A DNA stretch of 64,000 bases from Candidatus Poseidoniales archaeon (GTDB taxonomy: Archaea; Thermoplasmatota; Poseidoniia; Poseidoniales; Poseidoniaceae), in contig QQSC01000010.1 in the NCBI GenBank assembly GCA_003602475.1, positions 20,374-84,373 of the forward strand. The letters are read 5' to 3'. Of this stretch, positions 59,101 through 64,000 are shown one piece after another. The notes under the pieces were generated by a model, which had not been told where the DNA came from, did no database searches, and was given only the letters and a program-made list of their open reading frames with translations. The position numbers and the translations under genes are program-made. Within the stretch, counting starts at the first letter, position 1. Each line of letters begins with the position of its first letter.

Positions 59101-60357
59101 ATGGACGCTTCTTCGTTGATTTACGACTGGAACACCGTTGAGTATGAATTCAACCGCAACCCCGCCAATCATCCGCACGGGGTTTGGTTTGATGATGAAA
59201 CCCTCCGCGACGGCCTGCAAAGCCCCAGTGCTCGCAACCCCACCATTGAACAAAAGATCGAATTGCTCACCTTCATGGAGCGTTTGGGCTTGCAAAAGGT
59301 GGATTTAGGTCTCCCTGGAGCGGGCCCCTACCATCTTGATCACATCGACGCCATGTTGACCCACATCAGCGATAACGGGTTCCAGATCCGACCCGGGGCA
59401 GCCGTTCGAACACTGATGGGCGACATCGAGCCGGTTGTGGAAATGCAAGCTAAACACGAGATGGAAGTCCAAGCCTCCGCCTTCCTTGGGACCAGCCCCA
59501 TTCGCCAATACACCGAGGGATGGACGATGGAGAAGCTCATGACCACCATGGAAAAAGCGGTCTCCTTCGCCGTGGAAAACGACGTTCCCGTCATGTTCGT
59601 GACCGAAGACACCACCAGATCCAAACCCGAGGATGTGAAGATGATTTACCAACGCGCCATGGAACTTGGCGTTCGTCGACTCTGCATCTGCGACACATGT
59701 GGTCACGTTGCTCCAAACGGTGTCAAGAAATTGCTGGCGTTCATCGACGAAGAGGTCATCAAGGATGCTGGGTATCAACGCCGAGACATTGAGGTCAATT
59801 GGCACGGTCACCAAGACCGTGGTTTAGGCGTTGCTAACAACCTTGCAGCGGTTGAAGCCGGTGCAGATGTCATTCATGGAACCGCTCTGGGTGTGGGCGA
59901 ACGAGCAGGCAACGCCCCACTTGACCAGACCTTGGTTAATCTCAAACTCATGGGCGTCATTGACAACGACTTGACCCTGCTCGACGCCTACATGCAAAAA
60001 GCAAACGAGTACGTTGAGGTTCCATTGCCTCGAAATTATCCCGTCTTTGGCGAGGACGCTTTCGAAACCGGCACGGGTGTCCACGCATCCGCTGTCATCA
60101 AAGCCATGCGAAAAGGGGACGATTGGTTGGCTGACCGCGTGTATTCAGGTGTTCCTGCAGGAGACTTTGGTTTGAAGCAGGTGATCAGAATTGGGCACAT
60201 GTCCGGCCGCTCCAACATCGTGTGGTGGCTTGAACAAAACGGCTTGGAAGCAACCGATGAGTTGGTCGCTCACCTGTTTGAAATCGCCAAAAGTCAGAAA
60301 AGGAACATGCTTGATGAAGAGATTCATGCAGCGGTGGCCACGTTTACGCAAGGTTAG
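59101..60357 (+). CDS. HMGL-like aldolase: 2-isopropylmalate/citramalate/homocitrate synthase family, short form without regulatory domain
   Basis: DETLRDGLQSP and NWHGHQDRGLGVANNLAAVEAGADVIHGT are the metal-binding DRE-TIM blocks. Substrate specificity cannot be read from the sequence alone. Confidence 0.85.
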   Translation: MDASSLIYDWNTVEYEFNRNPANHPHGVWFDDETLRDGLQSPSARNPTIEQKIELLTFMERLGLQKVDLGLPGAGPYHLDHIDAMLTHISDNGFQIRPGAAVRTLMGDIEPVVEMQAKHEMEVQASAFLGTSPIRQYTEGWTMEKLMTTMEKAVSFAVENDVPVMFVTEDTTRSKPEDVKMIYQRAMELGVRRLCICDTCGHVAPNGVKKLLAFIDEEVIKDAGYQRRDIEVNWHGHQDRGLGVANNLAAVEAGADVIHGTALGVGERAGNAPLDQTLVNLKLMGVIDNDLTLLDAYMQKANEYVEVPLPRNYPVFGEDAFETGTGVHASAVIKAMRKGDDWLADRVYSGVPAGDFGLKQVIRIGHMSGRSNIVWWLEQNGLEATDELVAHLFEIAKSQKRNMLDEEIHAAVATFTQG

Positions 60358-60364
60358 GAAGGCC

Positions 60365-60529
60365 TCACGACCAGAAATAATACCAGCCAACCCACAAAAA
60401 CATCAGGGTCACGGCCGTCCAATACAACGGTTTGACCCATTTTTTAGTGCCGATTTTCTCATCCAAAGCATCGCCAACGGACCCCAACACTTCTTCAGCC
60501 AACTCGTAGGGGATGAGGTCTGCTGGCAT
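60365..60529 (-). CDS. possible 54-aa tail-anchored small membrane protein
   Basis: It is below the ORF-track cutoff, so I translated it manually: MPADLIPYELAEEVLGSVGDALDEKIGTKKWVKPLYWTAVTLMFLWVGWYYFWS. It fills an otherwise empty 237-nt gap and lies downstream of, and co-oriented with, the AstE-like gene. Only a weak SD is present. Confidence 0.3.
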   Translation of the reverse strand: MPADLIPYELAEEVLGSVGDALDEKIGTKKWVKPLYWTAVTLMFLWVGWYYFWS

Positions 60530-60594
60530 GGGGGTACCTGCTTGGAAATTCCATCAGCAAGACATGAACTTATCTCCGGATTTTTGAGAGGGTC

Positions 60595-61890
60595 TCAAGC
60601 TTCTTCTTCACCTTCCGGACCGGGTGCGATTTGGCTCTCCATCCAATCGTTATCGATGTCACCGTGAACCCAATCACCTTCGACGGAGATCTCATTGATT
60701 TCGTGTTCTTCTCGCCAAATCTGCTGTTCACGGCTGCCATTGACAATGAAATGACCGCTCTCATCAATCTGTTCGCTGAGCAAATCAAAGTGTTTTGAAA
60801 TGGGTAAAAAGTGTCCCACAGGCATGCCGGGGGCGGTGAACGGGTTGGTGGCTGAACCCAGGACAAGCCCGTCCTCCGGAGCAACGATGTCCACGGTCAT
60901 GCCCGGCGTGGCTGGGTCAGAAATCGTAGCAACAACTTCGCCCTCTCGCATCACGCTGCCGGCCGATACAAACATGTCCAGCAATCCGCCTTCCGATGCT
61001 CGAAGCCATGTAGAGCCCGAAGCCATGATGCGGAATTTAGGTCGCTGCGGTGCTCCAGGTGCCATTTTGAGCGTTCGCAGTAGATTCATGACCCCGTAGA
61101 CCGCCACCCGCACGGATTGATCTCCGAGGAAATCAGCGCCTCCGCCCTCGTACGTGATCACCGGAATGTCTTCTTGATTGGCAGCGTATCGGAGTGTTCC
61201 TTTCGGGGGCATGGAATCGATGATGATCTCTACGCCGAAGGCTTTGGCCAGCATGTACGAGGTTGTGTGGCTCAAATTCACGCGAACCTGAGGCATGTTG
61301 ATCCGTCCTTTAGCTGCAGCGTGAAGGTCAACGATGCCATCGCTGTCTTCAACCAAGTGACGCCAAACTTGTGCTGCGACGCGTCGCGTGGTTGATCCCG
61401 AGGGGTTTCCAGGGAATTGGCGGTTCAGGTCCCTCCCATCCGGAAAATAGCGCGTTTTCGCCCGATAACCGGGAAGGTTGACGACAGGAACAATTCGCAA
61501 TGTTCCGGCCAATGTGGCTGGGTCCAACGGTTTTCCTGGGTCGGTAAAGGCGTTGCTCAACAAGTGGGTGCACGCTGACGGGCCGGTCAATTCGTCGCCA
61601 TGAATTCCTCCGAGAACGGTGATGCAAGGGCCAGGGCGGGCGCCATGAATCACGGTCACTGGGATGGGCCATTTTTCTCCCAAGTTAACGTCCAGCAACG
61701 GGAGATGAACCGTCCTGATTTGACCGGGTTTGATGCGTTTGCGAAAGAACCTCAGTTCTCCCCATTTCGATGAGCGGTCCCATTCAGGCCGATCTTCCGT
61801 TTGGTGGGCCTTGAGCGCCTCAGAGATGAGTTTTTTACGTCGCCGAGGAAGTTCATGGGCCACACGGACTTTCCGTTTCTTTTTGCCCAT
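60595..61890 (-). CDS. succinylglutamate desuccinylase/aspartoacylase (AstE/AspA, M14-like) family protein
   Basis: PCITVLGGIHGDELTG and IVDLHAA are the zinc-ligand blocks of the family. The N-terminus is highly basic (MGKKKRKVRVAHELPRRRKK) and the C-terminal tail is acidic. Confidence 0.85.
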   Translation of the reverse strand: MGKKKRKVRVAHELPRRRKKLISEALKAHQTEDRPEWDRSSKWGELRFFRKRIKPGQIRTVHLPLLDVNLGEKWPIPVTVIHGARPGPCITVLGGIHGDELTGPSACTHLLSNAFTDPGKPLDPATLAGTLRIVPVVNLPGYRAKTRYFPDGRDLNRQFPGNPSGSTTRRVAAQVWRHLVEDSDGIVDLHAAAKGRINMPQVRVNLSHTTSYMLAKAFGVEIIIDSMPPKGTLRYAANQEDIPVITYEGGGADFLGDQSVRVAVYGVMNLLRTLKMAPGAPQRPKFRIMASGSTWLRASEGGLLDMFVSAGSVMREGEVVATISDPATPGMTVDIVAPEDGLVLGSATNPFTAPGMPVGHFLPISKHFDLLSEQIDESGHFIVNGSREQQIWREEHEINEISVEGDWVHGDIDNDWMESQIAPGPEGEEEA

Positions 61891-61971
61891 GACCCTGCCA
61901 GCGGTCCGCTCATCAAGAAGGATACCCTCCTCGGTGCGAAGAATGATGAGTTGTCAACCGCTGAGCGGTTC

Positions 61972-62439
61972 ATGGACAAGGTTAGTGTTCAACGTCGACA
62001 CGCACCCAATTCGATTTGTTTTGGATGCGGTCCTGCCAACGAAGAAGGCTTGCGAATAGATTCGTTTCAAATTGACAACGGATTGACCATGACCTTCGAT
62101 CCCAAGCCGTATCATCACGCCTTCCCAGGGATGGTCAATGGGGGCATTATAGGGACCCTGCTTGACTGCCATGGCAACTGGACAGCAGCGGTGGCCATCA
62201 TGGAATCTCAAGGCCTCGAGGAACCTCCATGCACGGTAACCGCCTCCTACAGTGTTCAGTTGCGTCGTCCCACCCCGATGGGGGCAACCCTTACCGTTAA
62301 CAGTCAAATTGAGGAGGTGCTCACGGACCGTGTGAAGGTTCGAATGGAACTGCTCGCTGAAGGCAAGGTTTGCGCTCGTGGCGAAGGATTGTTTGTCGCT
62401 GTCAAGGAAGGCCATCCTGCCTACCATCGTTGGTCGTGA
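61972..62439 (+). CDS. hotdog-fold thioesterase (PaaI-like)
   Basis: CFGCGPANEEGLRI and HHAFPGMVNGGIIGTLLDCHG are typical of PaaI/4HBT-type thioesterases. The ORF opens at 61801 inside the neighbouring gene. The first ATG clear of that gene is 61972, and TTG 61951 is also possible. Confidence 0.8.
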   Translation: MDKVSVQRRHAPNSICFGCGPANEEGLRIDSFQIDNGLTMTFDPKPYHHAFPGMVNGGIIGTLLDCHGNWTAAVAIMESQGLEEPPCTVTASYSVQLRRPTPMGATLTVNSQIEEVLTDRVKVRMELLAEGKVCARGEGLFVAVKEGHPAYHRWS

Positions 62440-62448
62440 GGTGGGGGA

Positions 62449-62976
62449 TTGCCTCGCCCAACCCCAGCTCAACACGAAGCCTTGCTTCGCCTTCGAGAGC
62501 ATGTTGTTTCTCACATGAACGATCTTGGTATGTTGGGTCCGGGGAATCAAGAACTTCTGTTCAACACGCCGTTGGGTGTTCTGCGCAAAAACGCCACGCA
62601 ACGGCACGGCGTCACGCGTTGGAAACGCCATCAAGAGGGCTTGGAGCTTCTCACCGTTGACCTCCATCCGAGGTTGTTGACTGAGGAATGGACGGATTAT
62701 GGGACGTTTGTGATGTTCCATGAATTCATTCATGCTCTGGGCTGGCGAGCTCACGATGCAGAATTTCGATCGCTTGAGGCACGTTGGCCAAACAAACAGG
62801 CCGTGTCGCAAGGTCCTCTCTTCACCAACACCTTGCGGTTGGAACAGGCCAAGTGGATTTGGTATTGCCCCTCTTGCGAGGGGAAATTTCCGCGGAAAAG
62901 GCGAGCCAATGGCCGCTTCCAATGCAGAGGTTGTAAGGTGAACTTGCTTGATATGCCCCGTTCATCCTCGCGATAA
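62449..62976 (+). CDS. SprT-like zinc metalloprotease domain with C-terminal zinc ribbon
   Basis: FVMFHEFIHALGWRAHDAEF carries the HExxH motif, and CPSC...CRGC forms a four-Cys ribbon. The TTG start at 62449 lies 5 nt after a strong GAGGTGGGGG SD. The next ATG is at 62515. Confidence 0.7.
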   Translation: MPRPTPAQHEALLRLREHVVSHMNDLGMLGPGNQELLFNTPLGVLRKNATQRHGVTRWKRHQEGLELLTVDLHPRLLTEEWTDYGTFVMFHEFIHALGWRAHDAEFRSLEARWPNKQAVSQGPLFTNTLRLEQAKWIWYCPSCEGKFPRKRRANGRFQCRGCKVNLLDMPRSSSR

Positions 62977-63012
62977 AATACCCGTGGCACCACACCTGCA
63001 GTGGGGACACGC

Positions 63013-64000
63013 ATGCGAACGACGATGTTGGTGTTCTTCTTGTTCACCAGCGTGCTGATTTTCCCGATGACAGGTCCAGCCTCTGCAGGGTTGACCGGGC
63101 AGGAGGGCGGTGGAGATCTTTACCTCTCGTGCCGCTCTGACAACGATTGTGTTCTAACGCCCACCCCGGTCGGTGAAGAGGCGGTTGGTGGTCAATCCAC
63201 AGCCACAACGTTGCAACCTCAAACCGTCGTATTGGAATTTGATGCAGACCCGGATCAATCCCACATTGCCTTGCTTCCCGAACGAATTGAACGACTCGAA
63301 CTTGATGTCCGTCAACAGACCGAATCGGGTGGTTTGCTTCGCCCAGAAGTATCGGTTCGGTTGATTCTCGGCCCGAGTGTGAACGACTGGGATTTTCCAG
63401 CGGACCTGATTCCTGCCTCGGTAAGTTACGAACCGCACGTGTTGGAGGATGAATCGCTCGATCTTACGGATGGTCGTGTTGTTTGGGTGGGTGAACCCGT
63501 TCGTTTGATTGTTGAAATCACCCTCGATAGGCCTGGTTCGTGGACCGTCAACATGCGAGGGGCTTCGCTTATTGAGATGGACATCCCTTGGTCGGCTTCT
63601 CCTTCGCAAGAGGACGTGGACGAACCTTCCTCATCAACGCAGCCGGTTCAAACAAATTTCGAAGACATTCATCGTGGGGCTTTGGTTGGTGCAGACAGGG
63701 ATTGCTGGTCCTTCGAAGTAGAGGAAAACGAGGTGCTTCGCCTTCTCGTGACATGGTACGATGTGCCCATTGAACTCGAACAGCCCCATCCCGTCCCGGA
63801 CATGATCAATGACATCGGCCGTCGAGCACCTCAGCCAGAGGTCATCACAGAATCCGACGATGAGACGACACAAGTGACCTATAGATGGCGTGCATTGGAA
63901 CCAGAAACGTACTCCTTGTGCATGTTTGGTTCTCCCGACCGCTTCCAAGCATATGCCTGGTCGGGAGTGTTTGGTTACGAATCCCTTGGCCCGACCGACC
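63013..64000 (+). CDS. exported hypothetical protein, N-terminal 329 codons (gene continues past the right edge)
   Basis: The frame from the ATG at 63013 is open to the window end, and it is absent from the ORF track because there is no stop. The signal peptide is MRTTMLVFFLFTSVLIFPMTGPASA. The sequence is acidic with no recognised domain. Confidence 0.6.
   Translation, partial: MRTTMLVFFLFTSVLIFPMTGPASAGLTGQEGGGDLYLSCRSDNDCVLTPTPVGEEAVGGQSTATTLQPQTVVLEFDADPDQSHIALLPERIERLELDVRQQTESGGLLRPEVSVRLILGPSVNDWDFPADLIPASVSYEPHVLEDESLDLTDGRVVWVGEPVRLIVEITLDRPGSWTVNMRGASLIEMDIPWSASPSQEDVDEPSSSTQPVQTNFEDIHRGALVGADRDCWSFEVEENEVLRLLVTWYDVPIELEQPHPVPDMINDIGRRAPQPEVITESDDETTQVTYRWRALEPETYSLCMFGSPDRFQAYAWSGVFGYESLGPTD

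Noticed and set aside
61954-62922. 322-aa minus-strand ORF covering the thioesterase and SprT-like genes
   Set aside because: The two plus-strand ORFs carry clear family motifs (CFGCGPANEEGL hotdog; HEFIH plus a zinc ribbon) and a strong SD. The minus translation is featureless and Arg-rich.

Overview
Gene-dense archaeal chromosomal segment with roughly mid-50s % GC by eye. I call about 55 protein genes and found no rRNA, tRNA, CRISPR array, transposase or integrase. Backbone content: (i) a complete A1Ao ATP synthase operon in the canonical euryarchaeal order atpH-I-K-E-C-F-A-B-D (4.7-13.2 kb); (ii) an smc-scpA-scpB condensin operon (19.4-25.2 kb); (iii) a class II HMG-CoA reductase; (iv) a translation/replication cluster dph2 - orc1/cdc6 - rps6e - aIF2gamma - PIN nuclease (30.0-34.7 kb); (v) gyrB-gyrA (54.3-59.0 kb). 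There are also scattered metabolic genes (ubiE-like methyltransferase, panE, nadB, hpt, acyl-CoA dehydrogenase, aroD, IPMS-like, tmk) and many exported or membrane-anchored peptidases (M28, M61, a 1400-aa PKD-repeat metalloprotease). Archaeal information genes sit alongside bacterial-type gyrase, class II HMGR, a class II CCA enzyme and many surface peptidases. This suggests a planktonic Thermoplasmatota-like (Marine Group II/III-like) archaeon, which is inference only. Internal genes are mostly preceded by GAGGTG/AGGAGG Shine-Dalgarno motifs or joined by 4-nt ATGA overlaps, and I used this to refine several starts. Candidates most worth a second look: (1) a pilin-like lamin-tail-domain protein followed by three coupled KaiC-like paralogs, only one with an intact P-loop (0.5-3.9 kb). 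(2) A helically phased array of eight GCGTTA/TAACGC half-sites between HMG-CoA reductase and an unusual ATPase / 300-aa disordered linker / winged-helix protein, which heads a tightly coupled three-gene operon (26.5-30.0 kb). (3) A site-2-protease (M50) homolog with its catalytic residues replaced, fused to a large extracytoplasmic domain directly after the ATPase operon. (4) A bacterial-type class II CCA-adding enzyme co-transcribed with an EF-hand protein. (5) A thymidylate kinase fused to a 240-aa unknown domain. I could not run any searches, so all functional calls rest on motifs I recognise in the translations.
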